A stretch of 64,000 nucleotides of DNA from Clostridia bacterium (GCA_017465155.1 JAFTWV010000012.1:3994-67993), one strand, 5' to 3'. Positions 1 through 9,398 are shown, counted from the first letter of the stretch. The notes: generated from the letters alone by a model not told the origin. Translations and numbers: made by a program.

Positions 1-2
1 TC

Positions 3-353
3 GTCATGATGCTGCAGCTGCCCGTGAACAACATGACCAAGGGCGCAAAGGCAGTCATCCGGCTCAACAGCGTGAAGCTCTACCCCGGAGATCCGGAGGA
101 TGCTGCTGTTGCCCGGCTGATTGCACAGCAGCCCGGAGAAACCGAGTCCGCACTGCTGACCGTTCTCCTGCCCTCACTGAATGATCCCTTCCCCATCCAT
201 GAGCACAGCTGGACAGACGCTACCTGCGTCACGCCGGAAACCTGCATCATCTGCGGCCGCCGCGGCAATTGGGGCGAGCACGATTTTCAGCCCGGCCCCG
301 GTGAAAAGCAGAAAACCTGCACCATCTGCCGCTATACGCTGACCAGCCCGTAA
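3..353 (+). CDS. C-terminal fragment of a Cys-rich hypothetical protein (5' end lies outside the window)
   Basis: The frame stays open to the window edge and this is the longest ORF here. It has paired-Cys spacing (CVTPETCIICG, CTICRY) and is followed by a hairpin at 356-414. Confidence 0.35.
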   Translation, partial: VMMLQLPVNNMTKGAKAVIRLNSVKLYPGDPEDAAVARLIAQQPGETESALLTVLLPSLNDPFPIHEHSWTDATCVTPETCIICGRRGNWGEHDFQPGPGEKQKTCTICRYTLTSP

Positions 354-355
354 CA

Positions 356-414
356 CAAAAGCGGTATGCCAGTCAGGGGCTTTGACCCATGAAAGACCGG
401 CATACCGCTCTTTA
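356..414. terminator. Bidirectional intrinsic terminator between the ORF fragment (+) and serS (-)
   Basis: Stem GCGGTATGCC (361-370) pairs with GGCATACCGC (399-408). It is flanked by an A-run upstream and TCTTTAT downstream. Confidence 0.65.
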
Positions 415-437
415 TATTCAATTCAGGTTGCCCCGGC

Positions 438-1742
438 TCAGCCGATATATTCCTTGCCGCCCATGTACATCCGCAGCGCCTCGGGGATACGCACACGGCC
501 ATCCGCCTGAAGGTTGTTCTCCAGGAAGGCAATCAGCATGCGCGGCGGAGCCACGCAGGTGTTGTTGAGGGTGTGGGCAAAGTACTTCTGCTTACCGTTT
601 TCACCGCCCTTGACGCGGATCTGCAGACGGCGGGCCTGCGCATCGCCAAGGTTGGAGCAGCTGCCGACCTCAAAGTACTTCTGCTGGCGGGGGCTCCAGG
701 CCTCCACGTCGATGGACTTGACCTTCAGGTCAGCCAGGTCGCCGGAGCAGCATTCCAGCGTACGAACCGGGATATCCAGGCTGCGGAAGAAATCGACGGT
801 ATTCTGCCAGAGCTTGTCAAACCACATGGGGCTGTCCTCAGGCTTGCAGACGACGATCATCTCCTGCTTCTCAAACTGGTGGATGCGGTAAACGCCGCGC
901 TCCTCGATGCCGTGGGCGCCGACCTCCTTGCGGAAGCAGGGGCTGTAGCTGGTGAGGGTCTGGGGCAGCTCCTTCTCATCGAGGATGGTGTCGATGAACT
1001 TGCCGATCATCGAATGCTCGGAGGTACCGATCAGGTACAGATCCTCACCCTCGATCTTGTACATCATGTTTTCCATTTCGGCAAAGGACATCACGCCCGT
1101 CACCACATCGCCATGAATCATATAGGGCGGGATGACGTAGGTGAAGCCGCGGTCGATCATGAAATCGCGGGCATAGCTCAGCACAGCGCTGTGCAGGCGC
1201 GCAATGTCGCCCATGAGGTAGTAGAAGCCGTTGCCGCTGGTCTTGCGGGCGGAGTCGAGGTCGATACCGCTGAGCCGCTCCATGATTTCCACATGGTAGG
1301 GCACCTCAAAGTCCGGCACAACGGGCTCGCCATAGCGCTGAACCTCAACATTCTCGCTGTCATCCTTGCCCACAGGCACGGTGGGATCGATGATGTTGGG
1401 GATGACCAGCATACGCTTGCGGATTTCCGCCTGCAGCTCGTCCTCCTTCTTGCTCAGGCCCTCCAGGTCAGCCTTGAACTGGGCAACCTGCGCCTTGGCA
1501 GCCTCGGCAGCAGCAGCGGCCTCGGCATCGCCCTTCTTGGCCTTGCCCATCAGACCGCCGATCTGCTTGGAGGTCACGTTGATCTGGTTGCGGAGCGCAT
1601 CGGCCTGCTGAATCGCGGCGCGGTACTCCTTGTCCATCGCGATCACTTCGTCCACGAGGGGCAGCTTGTGATCCTGGAACTTCTTGCGGATGTTTTCCTT
1701 GACGAGCTCCGGGTCATTTCGGAGCAGATTGATGTCAAGCAT
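438..1742 (-). CDS. serS: Seryl-tRNA synthetase
   Basis: 434 aa. N-terminal coiled-coil arm (MLDINLLRNDPELVKENIRKKF) and class II core motifs (SPCFRKEVGAHG, GSCSNLGDAQARR). Confidence 0.95.
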   Translation of the reverse strand: MLDINLLRNDPELVKENIRKKFQDHKLPLVDEVIAMDKEYRAAIQQADALRNQINVTSKQIGGLMGKAKKGDAEAAAAAEAAKAQVAQFKADLEGLSKKEDELQAEIRKRMLVIPNIIDPTVPVGKDDSENVEVQRYGEPVVPDFEVPYHVEIMERLSGIDLDSARKTSGNGFYYLMGDIARLHSAVLSYARDFMIDRGFTYVIPPYMIHGDVVTGVMSFAEMENMMYKIEGEDLYLIGTSEHSMIGKFIDTILDEKELPQTLTSYSPCFRKEVGAHGIEERGVYRIHQFEKQEMIVVCKPEDSPMWFDKLWQNTVDFFRSLDIPVRTLECCSGDLADLKVKSIDVEAWSPRQQKYFEVGSCSNLGDAQARRLQIRVKGGENGKQKYFAHTLNNTCVAPPRMLIAFLENNLQADGRVRIPEALRMYMGGKEYIG

Positions 1743-1774
1743 GGTTATATCCTCCTTGAAATGATTGTTCTATG

Positions 1775-2015
1775 GTGCAAAAAAGGCTTCTCCTCCCATG
1801 CATCATGGGACGAGAAGCTCGCGTTGCCACCCAATTTGCCTGTGAAAAGCCATCACAGACCACCTTGATTGCGCTGTAAGGTGCGCCCACCGCCGACTCC
1901 TCGCCAGCACCCTCCGGGAATGGAAACCGATCCGCCGCCTGCTGATTCTCACCAACCATCAGCTCTCTGCAAGAGGGGACTGAACCGTCGTTTCCCGTCA
2001 AACGGGTTATGTACA
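1775..2015 (-). promoter_or_regulatory. T-box leader (tRNA-sensing riboswitch) controlling serS
   Basis: The minus-strand leader contains an AGAGA box, a GGTGAGA distal-loop motif and the T-box sequence AAATTGGGTGGCAACGCG (reverse complement of 1820-1837). A terminator hairpin follows (CTTCTCGTCCCATG/CATGGGAGGAGAAG plus CCTTTTTT). A UCC-A element is a candidate Ser specifier, but this is tentative. Confidence 0.8.
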
Positions 2016-2021
2016 GGGGAT

Positions 2022-2050
2022 ATTATACACCCGTGCAAGGACAAATGCAA
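2022..2050 (-). promoter_or_regulatory. Sigma-A type promoter for the serS T-box leader
   Basis: On the minus strand: TTGCAT (2050-2045), a 17-nt spacer, then TATAAT (2027-2022). Confidence 0.55.
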
Positions 2051-2062
2051 GGGCTTTTTTCG

Positions 2063-2089
2063 CAAAACAGAGAGGGGCCAAAGCCCCTC
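2063..2089 (-). terminator. Intrinsic terminator after the anti-sigma gene
   Basis: On the minus strand: GAGGGGC-tttg-GCCCCTC, followed by TCTGTTTTG. Confidence 0.7.
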
Positions 2090-2097
2090 CCCTTCAA

Positions 2098-3081
2098 TCA
2101 CTGACCGGAGAACATATCCGCCATCGTGGCTGCATCAACTTGTCTGGTCATCACGTCAATCTGCACCTCGCTGTACGAATCGGGATAGCGAACCTCTTCC
2201 AGGTCGTAATACAGATAGTCCACCTTCTGCGGAAGCACCCGGCGCATGGTCAGCGTGCGGTGCGTGTCGCTGAGGATCGCAATGGCGTTGTCCATCCCTG
2301 CCACCGCCATCACCTGCGCCGTCTGATCCTCATTCACACCAATGTGATGCTCCGCAGGATCGGTTTGATGATAAAGCCTGGTATATACTGCAAGATAATC
2401 CTCCGGATCGCCATTTCTGCGGAAGGACAGGCTGTAGCCGCTGAGGAGCGCATCCTCCTCCGCGACCCGGTACCGCTCGACGCGGCTGCCGTCTTCCAGC
2501 ACCTCTGTGGAGGTCAGCACATACTCGCCGTCCCTGCGGCAGTCGTAGACCAGCTGGCAATCAGAGAATTCATAGCCCTCCGGGATGAAGGCGGGCACTG
2601 GCAGATAGGGCGCCTCTGCCAGGAGTACCAGGAATGCCTCGTAGGTATCCGGATGCTTCTCCAGACGGTTGCTTGTGGTTGATTCGCCGCCAAACACATT
2701 CTTCTGTGTCACCTGGACGATCTCCATTTCCTGTGCCGACATGACCAGCTCCTGTGCCAGTCTGAAACTGCTCATGTCCACCGACATCTCCGGCGCTGCC
2801 GTCGGATGCGGCAGCATGTCCGCCCTTTCTTCCGGGAGGATTTCGCCGTTCCAGTTCACATAGCCTCCAAACCATCCGCTGGCCGCCGCCGCGGTCATTA
2901 TGCAGGCCATCACCGCCAGCGCGATCACCAATCCCATATTCCATTTCCGATGCTTCATAACATGCGCTCCTTTCTCCGTCTGCGCCGTCACGCGCTGGTA
3001 CAGAAAGGGATCGCCCTCAAGCCCGGTCAGGGTGTGATCGATGGCTTGTCTGAACTTCGCCTTTTCCTGCTGTTCATTCAT
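2098..3081 (-). CDS. Putative membrane-anchored anti-sigma factor
   Basis: ATGA overlap with the upstream ECF sigma stop. Short cytoplasmic N-terminus, a single TM helix (LVIALAVMACIMTAAAASGWF) and a large extracytoplasmic domain. Confidence 0.6.
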   Translation of the reverse strand: MNEQQEKAKFRQAIDHTLTGLEGDPFLYQRVTAQTEKGAHVMKHRKWNMGLVIALAVMACIMTAAAASGWFGGYVNWNGEILPEERADMLPHPTAAPEMSVDMSSFRLAQELVMSAQEMEIVQVTQKNVFGGESTTSNRLEKHPDTYEAFLVLLAEAPYLPVPAFIPEGYEFSDCQLVYDCRRDGEYVLTSTEVLEDGSRVERYRVAEEDALLSGYSLSFRRNGDPEDYLAVYTRLYHQTDPAEHHIGVNEDQTAQVMAVAGMDNAIAILSDTHRTLTMRRVLPQKVDYLYYDLEEVRYPDSYSEVQIDVMTRQVDAATMADMFSGQ

Positions 3082-3593
3082 GGATCGTCCCTCCTTTCCA
3101 GCTCTGTGCGCAGCTTTTCCTTTGCGCAGCGCAGGCGATAGGACACCGTTGGCTGCGTCACGCCCAGCGTCTCAGCTATCTCATTCACGGTCATATCCTG
3201 ATAGTAGTACAGGAGGGTGACCTCCCGCTCTTTCTTGGGCAGATTCATCACAGCGAGGGTCAGCGCTGATTCACCGTCTTCCACCTCCTGCGTCCGGTCG
3301 GGCAGCATTTCGGGCGTGACGCGGCGCTCCACGCGGCGGAACCAGAAGCCCCGCTGCATGTCCATGCAGGTACGCATGGCGATACGCGTCAGCCACGTTC
3401 GCGCGCTGGCCTCGCCCCGGAAGCTATCCAAGGCACGGTATGCCTTGATGAAGGTCTCCTGCACCGCATCCTCTGCCAGCTGCACGTCATGCAGGTAGAG
3501 GTAACACATGCGCAGCAGCACCGTCTGGTTTTCGTCGATCATCTGCCGGATGGTTATTTCACGCTCGCTGTCAGGGCCCTTGACAACGCTCAT
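3078..3593 (-). CDS. ECF-type RNA polymerase sigma-70 family factor
   Basis: Region 2 (AEDAVQETFIKAYRAL, ARTWLTRIA) and a region 4 HTH (MTVNEIAETLGVTQPTVSYRL). I chose an internal ATG 6 nt after AAAGGAGGG rather than the longest ORF start at 3734. Confidence 0.85.
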   Translation of the reverse strand: MSVVKGPDSEREITIRQMIDENQTVLLRMCYLYLHDVQLAEDAVQETFIKAYRALDSFRGEASARTWLTRIAMRTCMDMQRGFWFRRVERRVTPEMLPDRTQEVEDGESALTLAVMNLPKKEREVTLLYYYQDMTVNEIAETLGVTQPTVSYRLRCAKEKLRTELERRDDP

Positions 3594-3720
3594 CCTCATC
3601 CCTCCTTTCACCCTGTTAGACGCGCCTGCCTCCAGAAATATAGAAGCACGCAAGAAAAACTGTTCAATCCACGTTTCATATGTTATAATAATACAACGCC
3701 ACGTCAAGGAGGCACAGTGT

Positions 3721-4680
3721 ATGAAGCAACCCATCCTCTACATCATCATCCCCTGCTACAACGAGGAGGCCGTCCTCCCCATCACCAGCGGGATGTTTCT
3801 GGATAAGATCAACCAGCTTGCCGGCGAGGGAAAGATCAGCCCGGACAGCCGTATCCTGCTGGTCAACGACGGCAGCAAGGATAAAACCTGGGAGATTATC
3901 TGCGACCTCGCCAGGAAGGACGAGCACTTCCTCGGCATCGCCCAAAGCCGTAACCGCGGGCATCAGGCCGCTGTCCTCGCAGGCCTGATGGAAGCCAAGG
4001 ATAAATGCGACATCACCATCTCCATCGACTGCGACGGTCAGGACGACATCAACGCCATGGACAGGATGGTCGACGAGTACCTCGGCGGCTGCGAAGTGGT
4101 ATACGGCGTACGCTCCAGCCGTGATACGGATACATTCTTCAAGCGCTTCACAGCCGAGGGCTTCTACAAGCTGCTGGCATGGATGGGCGTCGAGGTCGTA
4201 TTCAACCATGCCGATTACCGACTCATCTCCTCCCGCGTACTGCAGGAATTTGCCAATTATAAGGAAGTCAACCTGTACCTGCGGGGCATGGTGCCGCTGG
4301 TGGGCTTCAAGTCAACCAGCGTGTATTACGAGCGGCACGAGCGTCTCGCTGGCGAGAGCCACTATCCCCTGCGCAAGATGCTCGCCCTCGCCTTCGACGG
4401 CATCACGAGCCTATCGGTCAAGCCGATCCGCATGGTGTTCTTCGTAGGCCTGCTGATCATGTGCCTGTCTTTCCTGGGCATCCTGTGGGCGGTGATCGCG
4501 GCGCTGATGGGTAAGTCCGTGGCAGGCTGGGCAAGCCTGGCATGTATCGTGTGCTTCATGGGCGGCGTGCAGTGCCTGTTCCTCGGGGTGATCGGCGAAT
4601 ACATCGGCAAGATCTATCTGGAGGTCAAGGGCAGGCCGAGGTATATCATTTCGGACAGGACGTGGGACGAGGACGACTGA
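3721..4680 (+). CDS. Family 2 glycosyltransferase, GtrB/CsbB-like polyprenol-phosphate sugar transferase
   Basis: MKQPILYIIIPCYNEE start, DGSKD and DCDGQDD motifs, and two C-terminal TM helices typical of GtrB/CsbB. The start is preceded by AAGGAGG. Confidence 0.85.
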   Translation: MKQPILYIIIPCYNEEAVLPITSGMFLDKINQLAGEGKISPDSRILLVNDGSKDKTWEIICDLARKDEHFLGIAQSRNRGHQAAVLAGLMEAKDKCDITISIDCDGQDDINAMDRMVDEYLGGCEVVYGVRSSRDTDTFFKRFTAEGFYKLLAWMGVEVVFNHADYRLISSRVLQEFANYKEVNLYLRGMVPLVGFKSTSVYYERHERLAGESHYPLRKMLALAFDGITSLSVKPIRMVFFVGLLIMCLSFLGILWAVIAALMGKSVAGWASLACIVCFMGGVQCLFLGVIGEYIGKIYLEVKGRPRYIISDRTWDEDD

Positions 4681-4705
4681 CCTCCCCATGCTCAGGAGAT
4701 ACACC

Positions 4706-5434
4706 ATGAGTGATCATAACCGCCTCATTGCCCGGACAGCCCGGGAAGACCTTGCCCCCGCCGGATTCTTTCAGGCTGTCAGCTCCCGCGTATGGCTGGA
4801 GGACAACGGCTGGTTCATGGTGATGGCGGAGTTTAAGCCCAGCGGCTTCAGCAAGTGCAGCATGCTGAATTTGGGGCTGCATTTTCTCTGGGCGCATGGC
4901 CCGGAGGAGGAAAGCGAGAATGTCTCCTCCTACGACTACATGCCGTTCCTCCCTGCCGTCAACCAGTGCTACGCCCCTTACACCGGCGACGACACGCTTT
5001 TTTACCGCCCATATCGCCCGTTTCTGCCGGGTGATCCTGGCGGGGACGGAGCAGCTGCACCGCTCCCGCGATTTCCGTATGCAAGAATCAGGCTGGCTGA
5101 ACGTGCCTCCGACACTTTCTGGGATGCATTTAGCCATGCCATGCTGTGCTTTCTGTCAGGCCCCCACGAGGATGGCACTGTCTCGCTGGCACATTCCCGC
5201 GCGCTCCTGCAGCAGAGCATTTCCACGGAACAGGAAGCCGGGCGGCTTCGCGAGGACGACTGGCGGCTCCGCACAGAGCGCTGGATCGTAGAAGAAGTGC
5301 AGCCTTCCACAAGCAGTCGCGAATCCGCACATATATTCGTGCCGGCAGGCATCAACCGTCGCCGTACGGCTTTGATGTCCCTCCCCAAATACCGGTGCAT
5401 GTCCCATGATGCATTTCGCTGCGAGCTTCGTTGA
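4706..5434 (+). CDS. Hypothetical protein
   Basis: The ORF begins directly after the GT2 stop, with AGGAG 8 nt upstream of the ATG at 4706. I recognised no confident family. Confidence 0.45.
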   Translation: MSDHNRLIARTAREDLAPAGFFQAVSSRVWLEDNGWFMVMAEFKPSGFSKCSMLNLGLHFLWAHGPEEESENVSSYDYMPFLPAVNQCYAPYTGDDTLFYRPYRPFLPGDPGGDGAAAPLPRFPYARIRLAERASDTFWDAFSHAMLCFLSGPHEDGTVSLAHSRALLQQSISTEQEAGRLREDDWRLRTERWIVEEVQPSTSSRESAHIFVPAGINRRRTALMSLPKYRCMSHDAFRCELR

Positions 5435-5529
5435 TGCAGCCATGCACGCTCTTGACGCATCTCCCTTCCTCATGTATAATATGAAGTAACGTTTTTCCGT
5501 TCACACATCCGATACAGGAGGTACATGAT

Positions 5530-7500
5530 ATGCTTTACGAAGGTAAAATCTGGGCCGCTACCAGCGATAAGCCCGTCTGTCTGCTTCCGCAGATGGCAAA
5601 CCGCCACGGCCTGATCGCCGGCGCAACTGGAACAGGCAAAACCGTGTCCCTGAAGGTGCTGGCAGAGGGCTTCAGTGAGATGGGCGTACCGGTTTTCCTC
5701 GCGGACATCAAGGGCGATCTGAGCGGCATGGTCGAATCAGGCACGCATTCCGATGCAATCGCCAACCGGCTGGCGGGCTGCGGCGTACCCAGCTTCCAGT
5801 ATCGGGAATTCCCGACGGTGTTCTGGGATGTGTACGGCAAGCAGGGTCATCCCATCCGTGCGACGGTCAGCGAAATGGGACCTACGCTGCTGGCCCGCAT
5901 GCTGGGCCTGAACGAAACGCAGACCGGCGTGCTGAACATCCTCTTCCGCGTGGCTGATGACGAGGGCATGCTGCTGCTGGACCTGAAGGACCTCAAGGCC
6001 ATGCTGGCTTATGTGGGCGAGAACGCCCGCGACTATACCCTTGACTACGGCAATGTGACCTCTGCTTCCATCGGCGCAATCCAGCGTGCAGTGGCCGTGC
6101 TGGAGGATCAGGGCGGCGATCAGTTCTTCGGTGAGCCTGCGCTGAACATCGCCGACTGGCTTCAGCTGGACGGCGACGGCCGAGGCGTGATCAATATCCT
6201 GGCAGCAGATAAGCTGTTCCAGAGCCCGAAGATGTACTCTACCTTCCTGCTGTGGATGCTTTCCGAGCTGTACGAGCTTCTGCCCGAAGCCGGAGACCTT
6301 GACAAGCCCCGCATGGTTTTCTTCTTTGACGAAGCACATCTGCTGTTCAACGACTGTCCCCGCGCGCTGCTGGAGAAGCTGGAGCAGGTTGTACGCCTGA
6401 TCCGCTCCAAGGCCGTGGGCGTGTACTACATCACCCAGAATCCCTGCGATATCCCTATGAGCATCCTCGGTCAGCTGGGCAACCGCATCCAGCATGCCCT
6501 GCGCGCCTATACGCCTCTCGATCAGAAGGCCGTGCGCACTGCCGCCCAGACCTTCCGCATCAACCCCGCGTTCAACACGGAGGAGGCCATCACGACCCTC
6601 AAGACGGGCGAAGCGCTCGTTTCCTTCCTGGATGCAGAGGGTGCGCCCGGCATTGTCGAGCGTGCAACCATCCTGCCGCCTCAGTCCTCCATGGAGGCAA
6701 TCGACGCTGACACCCGCGCCGCAGAGCTTCAGTCCAGCCCCTTCGCCGGCGTATACGACAAACCTGTTGACCGCGAAAGCGCCTACGAACAGCTTGCCGC
6801 AGCCTTCCAGCGTCAGCAGCCCTCCTTCCAGTCCGTAACGCCCGCGCAGGTACAGGTATCCACCGCTGCCCCCTCTATGGGCAAACCGCAGGGCTTCATG
6901 ATCTTTGACCCGACGACAGGCGGCTATGTCCAGCGCGAGCTGCCGCAGATGGATGCTGTTCCGCAGCAGGCCGCGCCGACCATCGCCATGCCTCAGGCGC
7001 CGGTTTTCACACCCTCCTTTATGGATAGCAGTGCCCCTGCCGCCCCCTCTGCGCCGATCCTGCAGGTCGAACAGCCTGTACCCCAGACACAGACCATGCC
7101 CGTTATGGTCTATGACCCCAGCACCGGCCAGTACAAGCAGCAGATGATGACCATGCAGCTTGACCCGGCCACCGGCAACTATGTCCCCGCGGCGTCCGCG
7201 CCTGCCACGCAGCAGCCCGCTAAGCCGCTAACTGCCCGCGAGCTGGAAAAGCAGCGCAAGGAGGCCGAAAAGGCCCGTAAGGCAGCCGAAAAAGCCGAGA
7301 AGGAACGCAAGGCTGAAGAGCGTCGCCAGCGTGCAGATGAACTGCGCGAAGAACGCGCCGAGCGCGCCCGCAGGAATGATTCCGTGCTGGGCCGCATCAA
7401 GAATACCGCCATCAGCACTGCCACGCGTACTGTAACCAGCGATCTCACTCGCGGTATCACCCGTGGTCTCCTCGGCAGTCTCAAGAATATCTTCAACTAA
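5530..7500 (+). CDS. HerA-like helicase domain (DUF853/YjgR-type) P-loop NTPase with a long disordered tail
   Basis: Walker A GATGTGKT and Walker B VFFFDEAH. The conserved core is about 430 aa, followed by a P/Q/A/M-rich linker and a K/E/R-rich C-terminus. Confidence 0.85.
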   Translation: MLYEGKIWAATSDKPVCLLPQMANRHGLIAGATGTGKTVSLKVLAEGFSEMGVPVFLADIKGDLSGMVESGTHSDAIANRLAGCGVPSFQYREFPTVFWDVYGKQGHPIRATVSEMGPTLLARMLGLNETQTGVLNILFRVADDEGMLLLDLKDLKAMLAYVGENARDYTLDYGNVTSASIGAIQRAVAVLEDQGGDQFFGEPALNIADWLQLDGDGRGVINILAADKLFQSPKMYSTFLLWMLSELYELLPEAGDLDKPRMVFFFDEAHLLFNDCPRALLEKLEQVVRLIRSKAVGVYYITQNPCDIPMSILGQLGNRIQHALRAYTPLDQKAVRTAAQTFRINPAFNTEEAITTLKTGEALVSFLDAEGAPGIVERATILPPQSSMEAIDADTRAAELQSSPFAGVYDKPVDRESAYEQLAAAFQRQQPSFQSVTPAQVQVSTAAPSMGKPQGFMIFDPTTGGYVQRELPQMDAVPQQAAPTIAMPQAPVFTPSFMDSSAPAAPSAPILQVEQPVPQTQTMPVMVYDPSTGQYKQQMMTMQLDPATGNYVPAASAPATQQPAKPLTARELEKQRKEAEKARKAAEKAEKERKAEERRQRADELREERAERARRNDSVLGRIKNTAISTATRTVTSDLTRGITRGLLGSLKNIFN

Positions 7501-7509
7501 GGAAGCATC

Positions 7510-8391
7510 ATGAAGCAACACAATCGCAAAAGCTTTGGCGGCCGTTTAGCATTGCTGACGGCCGCCGTCATCTGGGGCAGTTCTTTCATCGTTATGAAGG
7601 ACGCCGTGAACGATGTGCCCGTGTTCCTGCTGCTGGCCATCCGTTTCACGTTCGCCTGCCTGCTGCTGGCTGCGGTGTTTTTCCGGCGACTGATGCAGAT
7701 TGGCAGACGGCTGATTGCACATGGCATGGTCTGCGGCGTTCTCCTGCTGGCTGCTTATGCCTCCCAGACCTTTGGGCTCATGACCACCACCCCCGGCAAA
7801 AATGCCTTCCTCACGGCAGTCTACTGCGTACTGGTGCCCTTCATGTCCTGGGCCGCATACCGCAGACGCCCTACAGCCTACAACTGGACTGCCGCTGTGA
7901 TGTGCATTGCAGGCATCGGGCTGGTATCCCTCTCCGGAAGCCTGATCATCGCTGCAGGCGACGCGCTGACGCTGCTCTCGGGCATATTCTTCGCGCTGCA
8001 CATCATGGCCCTGAGTCATTTCGGCCAGACGGACGATCCGGTGGCGCTGACCATCGTGCAGTTCGCAACAGTGGCGCTATTGGCCTGGCTTGGCAGCCTG
8101 CTGACAGAGCACGGCGCATCCTTCCCTGCCCCTGGCGTCTGGCCGCAGCTGATCTACCTGACGGTCTTCGCCACTGCAGCAACACTGCTCCTGCAGTCCA
8201 TCGGGCAGAAGCTGACGCCCCCTTCTCAAAGCGCCATATTGCTGAGCCTTGAAAGCGTGTTCAGCGTGATTTTCTCTGTGCTTCTGGGCCGTGAAACCCT
8301 CACGCTCCAGCTGGTCAGTGGTTTTGCACTGATTTTCCTGAGTGTGATCGTCAGCGAAACACAGCTGTCCTTCCTGAAACGCAGCAGCTAA
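7510..8391 (+). CDS. EamA/DMT superfamily transporter
   Basis: 293 aa with about 10 predicted TM helices and a two-fold internal EamA-like organisation (WGSSFIVMK start). Confidence 0.8.
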   Translation: MKQHNRKSFGGRLALLTAAVIWGSSFIVMKDAVNDVPVFLLLAIRFTFACLLLAAVFFRRLMQIGRRLIAHGMVCGVLLLAAYASQTFGLMTTTPGKNAFLTAVYCVLVPFMSWAAYRRRPTAYNWTAAVMCIAGIGLVSLSGSLIIAAGDALTLLSGIFFALHIMALSHFGQTDDPVALTIVQFATVALLAWLGSLLTEHGASFPAPGVWPQLIYLTVFATAATLLLQSIGQKLTPPSQSAILLSLESVFSVIFSVLLGRETLTLQLVSGFALIFLSVIVSETQLSFLKRSS

Positions 8392-8398
8392 ACCATCC

Positions 8399-8429
8399 GG
8401 GGGAAGAAGATGATTTCTTCCCCCCTTTT
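8399..8429 (+). terminator. Intrinsic terminator after the EamA gene
   Basis: GGGGGAAGAA-gatgat-TTCTTCCCCC, followed by CTTTT. Confidence 0.75.
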
Positions 8430-8495
8430 GCTCAAATCATCAAGAAAATTGCCGCCGACTGTCGTATGATTGTATACAAAAGGAGGTGACACCCC

Positions 8496-9284
8496 ATGTC
8501 GCGCCTCGACACGCTGACCGACGCGATCGCATACATCGAGCAGCACCTTTGCGACGTCATCGCGCCTGATGACGTGGCCGCCCATTGCCATTACAGCCTG
8601 TCAGCCATGCAGAAGCTCTTCCGGCACACCTTCCGGATGGGTCTTGCAGATTACATCGCCCGCCGCCGTCTGACATTGGCGTCCCGTGAGCTGCTGACGA
8701 CGGAAGATTCCGTGCTGGACGTGGCGCTGCGCTGCGGCTACGAATCTCACGAGGTCTTTACGCGTGCCTTTCGCCGTATCTGGGGCGTCACACCGTCCAA
8801 ATTCCGGCGGGAGCGTTCCTTTGCGGACATTTTTCCCCGCCTGCGACTGCCGACAGGAGGTCTTGATTTGAGTCACAAGCATTACGACATCACCGAGCTC
8901 TATGATACCCTGCGTTCCCTGCACGGAACCTACGCCCTCGTCTTCGACACCCAGCATCTTGATCCTATCAACAAGAACTACGGCCATGCAGCTGGTGATC
9001 TGGTCATCGCCGAATGCCTGCGCCGCATCGACATGGCCAAAGGACCGGACATGGTGCTATTCCGTATCGGCGGAGATGAATTCGTCCTGCTCACCGGATT
9101 GACCGACCAGGCGCAGGCGACCGCCCTTGCGCAGGCAATCACCTCCCATAACGGCGAACCCATCGTCTTTGAAGGACAGGATATCCCCGTTTCCCTTCAC
9201 AGCGGTGTATCCCAGCTGGACACTGCGAAACGGCTGAACTACATCAACTTCTTCCGCACGCTGGATCAGAGCATCCGAGGCTGA
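8496..9284 (+). CDS. AraC-family HTH domain fused to a GGDEF (diguanylate cyclase-like) domain
   Basis: Residues 1-108 form an AraC-type double HTH (HCHYSLSAMQKLFR..., GYESHEVFTRAFRRIWGVTPSKFR). Residues ~145-262 form a GGDEF domain (FDTQHLDPINKNYGHAAGD, RIGGDEF at nt 9069-9083). Confidence 0.8.
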   Translation: MSRLDTLTDAIAYIEQHLCDVIAPDDVAAHCHYSLSAMQKLFRHTFRMGLADYIARRRLTLASRELLTTEDSVLDVALRCGYESHEVFTRAFRRIWGVTPSKFRRERSFADIFPRLRLPTGGLDLSHKHYDITELYDTLRSLHGTYALVFDTQHLDPINKNYGHAAGDLVIAECLRRIDMAKGPDMVLFRIGGDEFVLLTGLTDQAQATALAQAITSHNGEPIVFEGQDIPVSLHSGVSQLDTAKRLNYINFFRTLDQSIRG

Positions 9285-9293
9285 TCCCAACAT

Positions 9294-9324
9294 CCACGAA
9301 AGGCATTGTTCTTTCGTGGTTTTT
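9294..9324 (+). terminator. Intrinsic terminator
   Basis: CCACGAAAG-gcattgtt-CTTTCGTGG, followed by TTTTT. Confidence 0.8.
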
Positions 9325-9398
9325 GTATACAATCTATTGACTTCCTATGCTGCTGCAGGTATCATGGGTAACATATTCCGGTAAACGGAGGTGACCCC

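Noticed and set aside
5530-7500. HerA-like (DUF853) NTPase as part of an anti-phage system (HerA-SIR2/DUF4297/NurA-type).
   Set aside because: No nuclease, SIR2 or other effector partner is adjacent. Its neighbours are a GT2 unit and an EamA transporter, and the protein matches the stand-alone YjgR-type housekeeping family.
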